NCBI GenBank assembly: GCA_022823085.1 | Contig: JAJDXV010000098.1 | Location: 8,828-72,827 of the forward strand | Origin: Candidatus Poribacteria bacterium | GTDB taxonomy: Bacteria; Poribacteria; WGA-4E; WGA-3G | DNA length: 64,000 nucleotides | Reading direction: 5' to 3' | Part shown: positions 27,941-36,520 of the stretch, in pieces | Position numbering within the stretch: the stretch's first letter is position 1 | Layout of the letters: each line of letters starts with the position of its first letter | The notes under the pieces: model-generated | What the model was told of the DNA's origin: nothing | Database searches by the model: none | Seen by the model: the letters and a program-made list of their open reading frames with translations, nothing else | Translations under genes and position numbers: made by a program

Positions 27941-30865
27941 CTAATATACTGGCTCAAGGGATATATGGAACAGCCCGCGCCGCTGGGTAACACCATAGAG
28001 CTTATTGTTTAGGATAGCAAGAGATGTAACGTCCTCTGGAATGCCTTCTGAGGAAATCTGTTTCCATTGCCCATGAGTCTCCAAGCGATAAACGCCTGTC
28101 TCTCCGGCACCATAGACCGTGGCACCCTCCACAGCCAATTGGTTTATGACGGTCGGCTTATTGACTGTATCTGCTATCACTTGCCAATATTCACCGGTCG
28201 CCGAAATGAGGACACCCTTGTCTGTTGCGACGTAAACCGTGGATCCTGCAAAAACTATCTCTTTGAAGCGAGTAAAGCGGAGGGGTAGGGTAGGTGTGAC
28301 ATCTCTCCAACTGTTTCCGGCATCAATCGACTGGAAAAGTTTCCCATCGCGTTTTCCAACATAGACGGTTTCTCCTGAAACAGCTAATTCAAATCCTTTT
28401 CCCCAGCTGTCATCAGGCGCTTCACCAGCATCTAACAATCCTGTGTATGTCCATTGGGGATCTCCAAGTTTCCATTTGAAGAGCCCCCGCTTGTATTCCA
28501 CGTAGAAGACATCGCGACTGATTGTAAGCGTGTCTTCTCTCATTTGTGCTTCAGTATAGTGTGATAGAATTTCAGATAAGGGAGCGGATTGAGTTCCTTG
28601 ACTCCCTTTCTTTAACTCAGATGGTAATGCTCCACTATCCAGTGTCGGTATGTCTTGAATCCGGATAAACATGTTCCCGTCTGCAGATAATCCGAAAATT
28701 TGTGGATCACTTTTAGTATCAAAAGTAAAATAAAGTATGTCCCCTGCAACCAGCAGTTCCGCGCCAGTACTATTGGGAGCAATATGACCTAGCTTGCTCT
28801 CATATTTACTAATCTCATGATTACCCATCATCTGAATAGTTTTCCAAGACACACCCCCATCAACGGATTGAAAAACTTCATGGCCATTATATGCGTATAA
28901 TCTATTGTTGAAGGCAACCAAACTCCTTATCCGTGTTCCCAGAATCCCATTCATAAAGAGCTCCCACGACTTGCCGGCATCGGTTGTCCGATGGATGCCA
29001 AATCCGCCGACCTTGTAAAAGGTCTTTTCATCCACCGCCACAGATGGAATATAATGGTGCAAAAAAGCCATTGGGTCGACCCCAAGATTTGTCCAATTTT
29101 TCCCGCCATCTGTGGAATGAAAGTGGGTAGCCCCCAATGCTAAGAGCGTTTCACCGGCGGCCAAAACCGTTATACCTGCGGGTATCACCATTGGGTAAAG
29201 GTTGTTTTTAGGTGTTATATCGTTCCATGATGTGCCTAAGTCAGCGGAGTAGTAAAGTCTGGATATATGCTGTGGGTCCCGCCTGAATGTATGGTACTTA
29301 TTCAGTACGGGCGGGGACAAACGAAATAGGTCGGGTCCCATTCCAACATAGAGCCCCTTTTGAAACACCGTCAAGGAGTAGACAGCATCTGTGCCTACGG
29401 GCAATGGCTCCCATCTCCCTGAATCAAGACGGTAGAGTCCCTGGTTTGTGCCAGCAAACAGCGTGTCTTCAACGGCATCCAGTGCGGTCATCCTTTCACC
29501 GACAAGTCCATCGTTGAGAGGGTTCCATTGCATGCCGGCATCTGCAGATCGGAAAATCCCTTTATCTCTGAGAGCGAGATACATTGTCTGCGTGCGGTCT
29601 GCCTGTCGGGTCTGGGTAATGATGAATCCGACAGCGCGCCCTGTTGGCCGCGGGCAAAATGGGTGCCATGTCTCTCCATCATCGGTTGAAGCGAATATCT
29701 TGTCAGTGGATACGATATAAAGCGTACCGTGATGTTCTGCAGTCGGCATCAAGACATCGGTTGGAATAGCGGCGTTGAGGCGTGTCCATGCAGTGGCATC
29801 TGATGTGAGTTTATACATCCCTGTTAGAGACATAGCGTAGACATTGCCTTGAGATGTCGTAAAAATATCGCGGACCATCCCGCCTGGGGGGCCATATCCT
29901 TGCGTCCACTGCGCGTTAGAAAAATCGAGTTTATCTTCTTGTCCGTTGGCTCTTAGAGTTACCTCAGAAATCTGCGCGCCCGTGCCGCTGCTTTTGCCGG
30001 GGGCGGCGGCTCTTCCCAACTGCCTTCGGGTGCTTGGTTTTGATACAAAGTCAAGGACGATCGGTGCTTTAACGATCTCCACCTTCGGTTCAGAATGTGC
30101 CTCGAAACTATAAGGTCTCTGAAATCGGGCAAGATAGTGGTTCCCAACACCGAGCATCAAGACAATCACAGCAGTCGCAGCACCCAAAGCCGCCCATGGG
30201 ACCAATGGCTTTCCGTTTCCAGGAGGGGCTGTTGGGTTAATGTCGGCAACTTCCCGCATGACGCGCGCTGTCAAATCAGTGGAGAGTTGCACGCCACCGA
30301 GCATTTCACGAACTAAGGGTTCTGACTGTTGTAAACGCTCTCGTCCGCGGCGAAGTCGGCTTTTAATTGTGTTCACCGACACACCTAAGTACTTACCAAT
30401 TTCCTTTGCCGTCATTTCCCCGAGATAGTAGAGTGTTACGACGGTTCGCTCACTCTCTGGCAGGACTTCAAGAAGCTCTTTGACGACTTCAGAGCGGTTT
30501 TCAGCTGCTGCTGCTTGGCGTTTTTCGGTCATATAGTGTTTGTAAGAAGATTCCTCTATCTCTTCCACAGGTGTGTCCTCCAACGATTCCATCGTAGGTT
30601 TACGCCTTTGAATCCAATTCAGCGAGAGTCGACTCGCGATGACATACAACCACCCAGAGAAATGCTTCGGGTCTTTCAGTGTTGCGAGTTTTTTGTAAGC
30701 CTGGATGAAAGTATCTTGGGCAACCTCTTCGGCATGATGGAAATCCCCAATTTTCCGCCAGACAAGCGCATGGATCCCCTTTTGATGCCTTTCGACTAAG
30801 GTGGCGAATGCCGAGTCATCGCCCGACAAAACTCTCCGAATCAACTGAACGTCGTTTTCTAACAT
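27941..30865 (-). CDS. ECF sigma factor fused through one TM helix to a large BNR/Asp-box (sortilin/Ycf48-like) beta-propeller region
   Basis: Sigma regions 2 and 4 (HHAEEVAQDTFIQAYKKL..., YYLGEMTAKEIGKYLGVSVNTIKSRLRRGR). TM helix WAALGAATAVIVLMLGV. Repeated S/T-x-D-x-G-x-x-W boxes (STDDGETW, SADAGMQW, SADLGTSW, STDGGKNW, TTDAGKSW, SVDGGVSW, SIDAGNSW). ATG at 30865 lies behind GGAGGA. Confidence 0.75.
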   Translation of the reverse strand: MLENDVQLIRRVLSGDDSAFATLVERHQKGIHALVWRKIGDFHHAEEVAQDTFIQAYKKLATLKDPKHFSGWLYVIASRLSLNWIQRRKPTMESLEDTPVEEIEESSYKHYMTEKRQAAAAENRSEVVKELLEVLPESERTVVTLYYLGEMTAKEIGKYLGVSVNTIKSRLRRGRERLQQSEPLVREMLGGVQLSTDLTARVMREVADINPTAPPGNGKPLVPWAALGAATAVIVLMLGVGNHYLARFQRPYSFEAHSEPKVEIVKAPIVLDFVSKPSTRRQLGRAAAPGKSSGTGAQISEVTLRANGQEDKLDFSNAQWTQGYGPPGGMVRDIFTTSQGNVYAMSLTGMYKLTSDATAWTRLNAAIPTDVLMPTAEHHGTLYIVSTDKIFASTDDGETWHPFCPRPTGRAVGFIITQTRQADRTQTMYLALRDKGIFRSADAGMQWNPLNDGLVGERMTALDAVEDTLFAGTNQGLYRLDSGRWEPLPVGTDAVYSLTVFQKGLYVGMGPDLFRLSPPVLNKYHTFRRDPQHISRLYYSADLGTSWNDITPKNNLYPMVIPAGITVLAAGETLLALGATHFHSTDGGKNWTNLGVDPMAFLHHYIPSVAVDEKTFYKVGGFGIHRTTDAGKSWELFMNGILGTRIRSLVAFNNRLYAYNGHEVFQSVDGGVSWKTIQMMGNHEISKYESKLGHIAPNSTGAELLVAGDILYFTFDTKSDPQIFGLSADGNMFIRIQDIPTLDSGALPSELKKGSQGTQSAPLSEILSHYTEAQMREDTLTISRDVFYVEYKRGLFKWKLGDPQWTYTGLLDAGEAPDDSWGKGFELAVSGETVYVGKRDGKLFQSIDAGNSWRDVTPTLPLRFTRFKEIVFAGSTVYVATDKGVLISATGEYWQVIADTVNKPTVINQLAVEGATVYGAGETGVYRLETHGQWKQISSEGIPEDVTSLAILNNKLYGVTQRRGLFHISLEPVY

Positions 30866-31039
30866 TAGAGTCCTCCATAGTAAATAAATGGATCCGCGCA
30901 ACGGATCAAATATTAGATGAGCACGAATGCAAAATATGCAAGGTCTCCGAAAATGCCGCTGTCCGACAAGGAGTATACCAAATGTGCGGGATTATGAGGA
31001 ATGTTTTAAATTTAAAGCACTCTTCTGCAATCTTACTCT

Positions 31040-31077
31040 ATAATTAATGACACAATTTTGGCGTAGAAAGGGTGCAG
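31040..31077 (-). promoter_or_regulatory. Conserved promoter-like motif, copy 3
   Basis: Minus strand CTGCACCCTTTCTACGCCAAAATTGTGTCATTAATTAT, upstream of the sigma-fusion gene. Confidence 0.45.
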
Positions 31078-31196
31078 AATGAAAAAAAAACAGAAAAAAC
31101 GAATTTTAAGTTAAAAATTACGTGCGTTTGATAAAGGGAAAGAGGCGTTCCCACTGCAAAAAACAGTGGGAACCAGAACACAGGTTAACCCATAGG

Positions 31197-31457
31197 TTAG
31201 GAACATTCAGAACCCAATTCTCCGTCACATGTCCCGTCAGACCATCCTGTAGAACATGTGAGTTGGCACGTCTCGCCGTCTCCGCAGTCAGCATTACTAT
31301 GACACTCATAAGAGGCTTCGGCGATGGGTGTATGCATGACTTGTGATAACAAGAAGGCACTGCCTGCTACCCCCAAAACTAAGGGGGCTCTGATGCCTGC
31401 GCGTCCAACTTCGGATGTAAGGAATTGCTTGATTTTGTTATTAATGTTCTTCTTCAT
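31197..31457 (-). CDS. Small Flp-prepilin-like peptide with a Cys-rich C-terminus; candidate precursor/substrate of cassette 2
   Basis: From the ATG at 31457 (AAGGA RBS): MKKNINNKIKQFLTSEVGRAGIRAPLVLGVAGSAFLLSQVMHTPIAEASYECHSNADCGDGETCQLTCSTGWSDGTCDGELGSECS (6 Cys). The N-terminal half aligns with 19851..20069. Confidence 0.55.
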   Translation of the reverse strand: MKKNINNKIKQFLTSEVGRAGIRAPLVLGVAGSAFLLSQVMHTPIAEASYECHSNADCGDGETCQLTCSTGWSDGTCDGELGSECS

Positions 31458-31715
31458 TAGATTTTTATCCTTTCTGCTGGATGTCTCATCCAGCAAAGTT
31501 AGTTTCCCAAGACGTTTTGGGAAATCCATTTCCAGCACAAGTTAATTAAACAAACATATATACCATTGGATTGGGTGGATTCCCAAACCAAAGCCCCTAT
31601 AGGAGCGTCTCAGAGGAAATAAGTCTAAACCTTATTTCTTTGTCATGCGTGGGAGTAACATTCTCCCGCTGGAAATGCTTGAAAACGAAAACGTGTAATT
31701 GTTTTCAAGGTGTTC

Positions 31716-31744
31716 GGACCTGTTTTGCCTTAACAAACAGGTCC
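31716..31744 (-). terminator. 10-bp perfect stem hairpin (GGACCTGTTT...AAACAGGTCC) 29 nt after the stop of 31773..33644
   Basis: Read directly. There is no clear U-tract, so it may be a terminator or a processing/stability hairpin. Confidence 0.35.
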
Positions 31745-31772
31745 ATTAAATTCTTTGTTCATAAACGTCTGC

Positions 31773-33644
31773 TCATTGACAAGCTGTTCCGCTGGTTTGC
31801 TTTAGCAAGTGCGTAACTTGAAATCGGTGATTGTCTACCAAAAGGGTTGGTGAAGCCTTAATGTCCAGTGCCGCGGCACGCTGGATGTTTTCTCGGAAGC
31901 GATGCTCGGTTTCTGGCGTGGCAAACAACCGCTGAATCCTTTCAACATCGATACCGAGTTTCTCCGCGCAGTCTTCCCAGGTCTTGTCCAATTTTTTGCC
32001 GCGACATAAGATGTAGTCGAGATACCGGTGCGGGTATTCTTCCGCGATGAGGAGCTGCCGGATGTTTTCAGCGACTTCAGGGTAACCGTGTAGGCTCACA
32101 AATGGCGTTATATCCTGCGGCGAAGGGTTCTCCTTCTCAGCTGCGATAAACCGGAGCTTGAAGTCGATTTGGTCGCCAAACTTTTTCACGATTGGAATAA
32201 TCTGCTCTTCCGCCTGAACACCGAAAGGGCAGTAGCTCATTACAAATAGTTCCAAAGTGGGTTTGCCCATGCGTGCGATGCGAGACCTCAAGAGTGCCTC
32301 CAAATTCATCGGCGCGCCGCTGTGGTCTATATCCTTGGTATGGAGTGCTACGACCTCAGCAAACCCGGGTGAATGTTTTGTATCGTGGCATTCTAAACAG
32401 GCAGTCGTATCGGCACCGTTGCGGATGTTCGTTTTCTTAGGATTGCCGATATGGTGTTTACCGGGCCCGTGGCAGGTTTCACATTGCACACCTTTGAGGG
32501 TTAGGTCGGGGTCACCTATCTGAAAGCCGGTTGGGTAACCAAACCCCGTGGTGTGGCAGGAGACACACCCTGCATCGAAGTGGCGTTGCTTTTTCAGAAG
32601 CGTTTGAAAGGCGAAGGCATGTCGCGTTGTGGACCACTGGCGATATTCTTGTTGGTGACACTTCCGACACGCTGTCGCTGAGACGTATCCGTTTTGCCCA
32701 TCTTCTTCCAAGTGTTGCCCAGCGAAAAGCCGGGGCAGCGGAGCTGGCTGCCCGACAACTTGATAGAAATCGGTGAGGAGTTGACGCACGGATTCAGATT
32801 CGGGGACATCCCCGGTGAGGGCGACTTGTGTGGCATAATGGTGGTCGAGTCCTCCGTTTGGGTGTATCCAGAGTGCTAAGACTCCGAGTGTTTTACCTTC
32901 CGGCTGGCAGCCGACAGAAAGTGTCCCGTTCTTAGTTCTCACGGTGTGGATGTTCTCTGGCTGAATGAGAATATCAATGTACTTGGAGACCTCAGCGTTG
33001 CCGATCCCGACGATAATATCGGCTTGGGCTCTAATGTGTTGGGTTGCCTCTCCGGCGACCAAAGCAACACTATGTGGTCCGACTTGCTGAATAAGGAAGG
33101 GTTGAGTGAAATCGTTTGCCGTGGCAGCCAAGAATGGAAATGCCGCGGCAGCGTGTTGCTGCTTCAGATAGCCATCGTCATAGGAAAGATCGGTTTCACT
33201 CAAGGCGAGGGCGGTGTATTGCATCATCGCCATTGCTTTGAGGTTAACACTGCACCGCTGCGCATCCATCTTTTCTGTGCCATCAAAAATGTTTCCTGCG
33301 TCTACCAAGAGTGTCGGGAATCCGTGGTGTCGAATTTGCTCGACGATGTGGGCGCGCCTGGGCAGTCCGCCCGATTGTTCTTGATAACACCCGCAGGGCT
33401 CGAGATGGCTTTTAGTGCCCCCGGTATGCAAGATGAGGAGAGAAGGCGGTTTGTCGTTTCTGAGTGCTGAGAGAATATCCTCTAAGCGTTCTCCTAAAAC
33501 GGGGCGCGCTTGTTGCTTGACCCGTTCTATCTGGCGGCGTCTTTGAGATTCCGACCACTGCGTGTAGAGGGGTGGTAATGTTACACTTACGGTTAAAAAC
33601 ACTAAAACAAAGATCGCACGTTTCATAAAAACGGACCGAATCAA
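31773..33644 (-). CDS. Exported three-part fusion: metallophosphatase/5'-nucleotidase-like N-domain, tetrahaem c-type cytochrome region, thioredoxin-fold (DsbA-like) C-domain
   Basis: Signal MKRAIFVLVFLTVSV. LILHTGGTKSHLEPCGC...GGLPRRA. Four CxxCH motifs (CRKCH, CVSCH, CETCH, CLECH). LELFVMSYCPFGVQAEEQIIPIVKKFG...SPTLLVDN. Confidence 0.6.
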   Translation of the reverse strand: MIRSVFMKRAIFVLVFLTVSVTLPPLYTQWSESQRRRQIERVKQQARPVLGERLEDILSALRNDKPPSLLILHTGGTKSHLEPCGCYQEQSGGLPRRAHIVEQIRHHGFPTLLVDAGNIFDGTEKMDAQRCSVNLKAMAMMQYTALALSETDLSYDDGYLKQQHAAAAFPFLAATANDFTQPFLIQQVGPHSVALVAGEATQHIRAQADIIVGIGNAEVSKYIDILIQPENIHTVRTKNGTLSVGCQPEGKTLGVLALWIHPNGGLDHHYATQVALTGDVPESESVRQLLTDFYQVVGQPAPLPRLFAGQHLEEDGQNGYVSATACRKCHQQEYRQWSTTRHAFAFQTLLKKQRHFDAGCVSCHTTGFGYPTGFQIGDPDLTLKGVQCETCHGPGKHHIGNPKKTNIRNGADTTACLECHDTKHSPGFAEVVALHTKDIDHSGAPMNLEALLRSRIARMGKPTLELFVMSYCPFGVQAEEQIIPIVKKFGDQIDFKLRFIAAEKENPSPQDITPFVSLHGYPEVAENIRQLLIAEEYPHRYLDYILCRGKKLDKTWEDCAEKLGIDVERIQRLFATPETEHRFRENIQRAAALDIKASPTLLVDNHRFQVTHLLKQTSGTACQ

Positions 33645-33678
33645 GACGTGTTGATTTGGTTTCCTTTCAGGCGTAAAG

Positions 33679-34815
33679 TTAGAAGAGTTGCGTCAATTTG
33701 AGATAAAACGGACCTTGGCAGAAAATCGTCAGGAGCACACCCAGAGAAATAACGGGTGCGAAGCGAATTGCAGGTTGAATTTTTATTTCATTGTTAAATT
33801 CCGTAAATGCACCCTGTTTTGCGAGATGTTGTAATTGGGCTATCTTCTCAGGTGTGAGTCCTTCGGGATCGGGTGAAATAACGATATCATCGCCCTGACG
33901 ACTTGAGAACTCGACGTGCTTTTTTTCGTAACGGGTACTGCCATTGTCCTGTGGAATCTCGACAATTTGCTCAGCAGGTATCATGCCGACTTGGAGACGG
34001 TTGACATCAACGGTGTTCTCCAATGCCAAACTCACTAAACTCAGAACGAATTGTTTCGCAGCAACGAAAATAAGGAAGGACAGCCCAAAGAAAAAGGTGA
34101 AACCTGAGAGCAAGGTCATTACGGACGGCGTTGCTTGTATTATTAAGCAGACACATAGGAAACTCACAAGTCCATAATAGACCGGGGTTTTCGGCAAAAT
34201 CGATAACAATTTCTGGACCAATGTGAAGCAGACTAAAATTACAGCGAGCCGCAGAAAGGGATCGGTATGCCATCTGGCGACCGCTAACAAGGACGTCAAC
34301 GCCGATCCGACACCAATAAACACGAGTAGACTGAAGAATCTTTCGAGGACTGCTGCTTTTTGAAAGTTGCATCTCAGGAGATACCGCAGAAAATCGCGTT
34401 TATTTTCCATTGATACAAATTTGAAGAGGAGATAACCTAAGATACCTATCGCGTAAGGAATGATGATATTCAGTGCGAGTATCAAGGGGGGAAACCCCAA
34501 AACTCCGCGAAGGCTTTCAAAAAGCGATAGTGGGAATATTAAGCAGAGTCCCCAGAAAAGTTTGGCATCTCCGGGCGAGAAGATCCCGAACCAGTACAAG
34601 GCAAATGCCATAATTCCGCTCCCGAGGAAAAGCCCTAAAATATAGAGTGGTGTCGCTGTGCCAAGATACCACGCCATCAACTGGCTGAGTGTTCCTACAT
34701 AAAGAAGTCCGAGAGAGCAGAAGTTGCGAATCTTCTGTGTCTTCAAGTCGGTATAACTTGCATAGGCACAGAAGGCAGGTGCTAAAAAAATCAGAAAGTA
34801 TTCATAGTGTGACAT
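33679..34815 (-). CDS. A24 peptidase-like polytopic membrane protein, paralogue of 20215..21360
   Basis: ASYTDLKTQKIRN and FSPGDAKLFWGLCLIFP Asp motifs. Same C-terminal insert (MIPAEQIVEIPQ...LTPEKIAQLQHLAKQGAF). Confidence 0.6.
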   Translation of the reverse strand: MSHYEYFLIFLAPAFCAYASYTDLKTQKIRNFCSLGLLYVGTLSQLMAWYLGTATPLYILGLFLGSGIMAFALYWFGIFSPGDAKLFWGLCLIFPLSLFESLRGVLGFPPLILALNIIIPYAIGILGYLLFKFVSMENKRDFLRYLLRCNFQKAAVLERFFSLLVFIGVGSALTSLLAVARWHTDPFLRLAVILVCFTLVQKLLSILPKTPVYYGLVSFLCVCLIIQATPSVMTLLSGFTFFFGLSFLIFVAAKQFVLSLVSLALENTVDVNRLQVGMIPAEQIVEIPQDNGSTRYEKKHVEFSSRQGDDIVISPDPEGLTPEKIAQLQHLAKQGAFTEFNNEIKIQPAIRFAPVISLGVLLTIFCQGPFYLKLTQLF

Positions 34816-34845
34816 TGGCTCAAAAGGTCCTTAATGCTTAGCAGG

Positions 34846-36505
34846 TTAATATCTCTGCTTTGGGAGAGGGGAGCCCGCTTTAAAATGTTTGAAAATTGAC
34901 TCAATTTCCGTGGTTTTGTGCTGTTCGACGAGCGTCTCTGCCAAAGCTTTTTCAAGATGTTCATATCGGTTGATCCCTAACCGATATGCATCAGATGTCG
35001 TTTGACGTGTCTGCGGATTATACCGGCGGCAGAAGATCGGTGGGAACAAATTCTGAGGTGTTTGATAACTTTCCGTTTCCGAGCATTGGCTTTTCTTAAA
35101 GTGTTGAATAATCTCTGTGGCTGTCTTTTGCCAGGTATATTTTTTTTGTCAAACTTTTTGCGACGCTTTGTGCTGCAGCACGCATATTAGAAGGTACCAA
35201 CCATTGATTTATTGTTGCTGAGAGCTGATGCATCGGTACATGAAAATTGCCAAAATTATCCCATTGGGATTTGATGCTAACGCCGGCACCCGAAACTTCT
35301 GGAGGTAGACCGTATTTGGTCATAGCGATACACGGTGTCCCATAAGCCATTGCCTCTAGAACCACTGAAAGGGATGTTCCCGGAATCGCGGGAAAACAGA
35401 CCAGGTCGAGTGCTTGAAAGAAAATCGGTAGGATCGTAGCCATGTCTTCATCCGCTGCACTGAAAATTACGACGTTGTCTGGAACATTGCTATAATGCTG
35501 TGCTAACACGGCATCATAGACAAAAATGGCGAGGTCTGGGTTGGCTTCAGCGAACTCGGATATCCACGCTGCTCCCTGATTGGGTTCAAATCCGGAAATC
35601 AGTCCGACAACGGGGCGTTGGGCAAACATTGGTTTGTCAAAGAGAGTCGCGGTATGTTGTTTTGCTAAGGCTTTATCAATAGGTTCAACGGCGTTGATGC
35701 CATCTGGGATCACACATAGGTTTTTCTCGGGGATATCAAACTCGTTGAGCCAGGCTTTCATCCACGATGCTTTAACAACTAAGGTATCGTTTGCTTTCTG
35801 ACAGGCCTGGAGATGCAGGAGGGTTTCAAGCAGAGAGTGCTGTAGTTTCTGGGTGTTTTCTATGCAGTGAACGATTGGTACATCGGGGACCTGATAGTAC
35901 AAGAGGTTATCTGTCAAAAATGGCGATAAGAGCAAAATACCATCGTATCCTTTCCTTGCATACCATGCGGGTGTGAAGGTATTGCCTTGATCAACTTTTA
36001 TCTGTCGCATGCGAAGTTTCCCGAAATTTTTGGTATGCTCGGATCGTTGGACGTTTCCTGTTTTGACTTTTGAAAAACTGAGTGTTTCTAACTCGGCGGC
36101 TTGTGTGAGCGTCGTCAAGAGTTGATACCGATTCAGATTCGTGATGTAGTCGAGGGCTGACTTCTCTTTGGTAAAATCAAAGGGAACTAACACCTTGAGT
36201 TTGCGGTCGATGTGTTGTGAAACATCAGATTTCCTGCCGGTGTTAGGTATTTGTGTTAAAAGTTGCCCGTGCTTACTCAGGCGTTGTAACCGCGCGATAC
36301 CCTCAAAGACAGTTGTTGATTTATACTTTCCTTTCAAAGCTTCAACGATTTGATATGCTGTCTGAGTCGCATATCGACCAAGAATGTCCCATTCGACATC
36401 ATTGACTTCAATGATGTCGTTGGTTTCAAGGTCGGCAACATATTTGCGTCCATCTTGTTGAAATTTATGATGCCGGTTCAATCGGTAATCGGTGTAAGAT
36501 GTCAT
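34846..36505 (-). pseudogene. RRE-GT4 glycosyltransferase split by a +1 frameshift in an A8 run (T8 on the plus strand, 35140-35147)
   Basis: ORF 35096..36505 (N-terminus HHKFQQDGRKYVADLETNDIIEVNDVEWDILGRY...) ends ...SLTKKIYLAKDSHRDYSTL*. Removing one A gives ...TKKYTWQKTATEIIQHFKK...NLFPPIFCRRYNP... and joins ORF 34846..35049. That ORF carries the family tail LEKALAETLVEQHKTTEIESIFKHF. Confidence 0.7.
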
Positions 36506-36520
36506 AGCTGCGTCCTTCTT

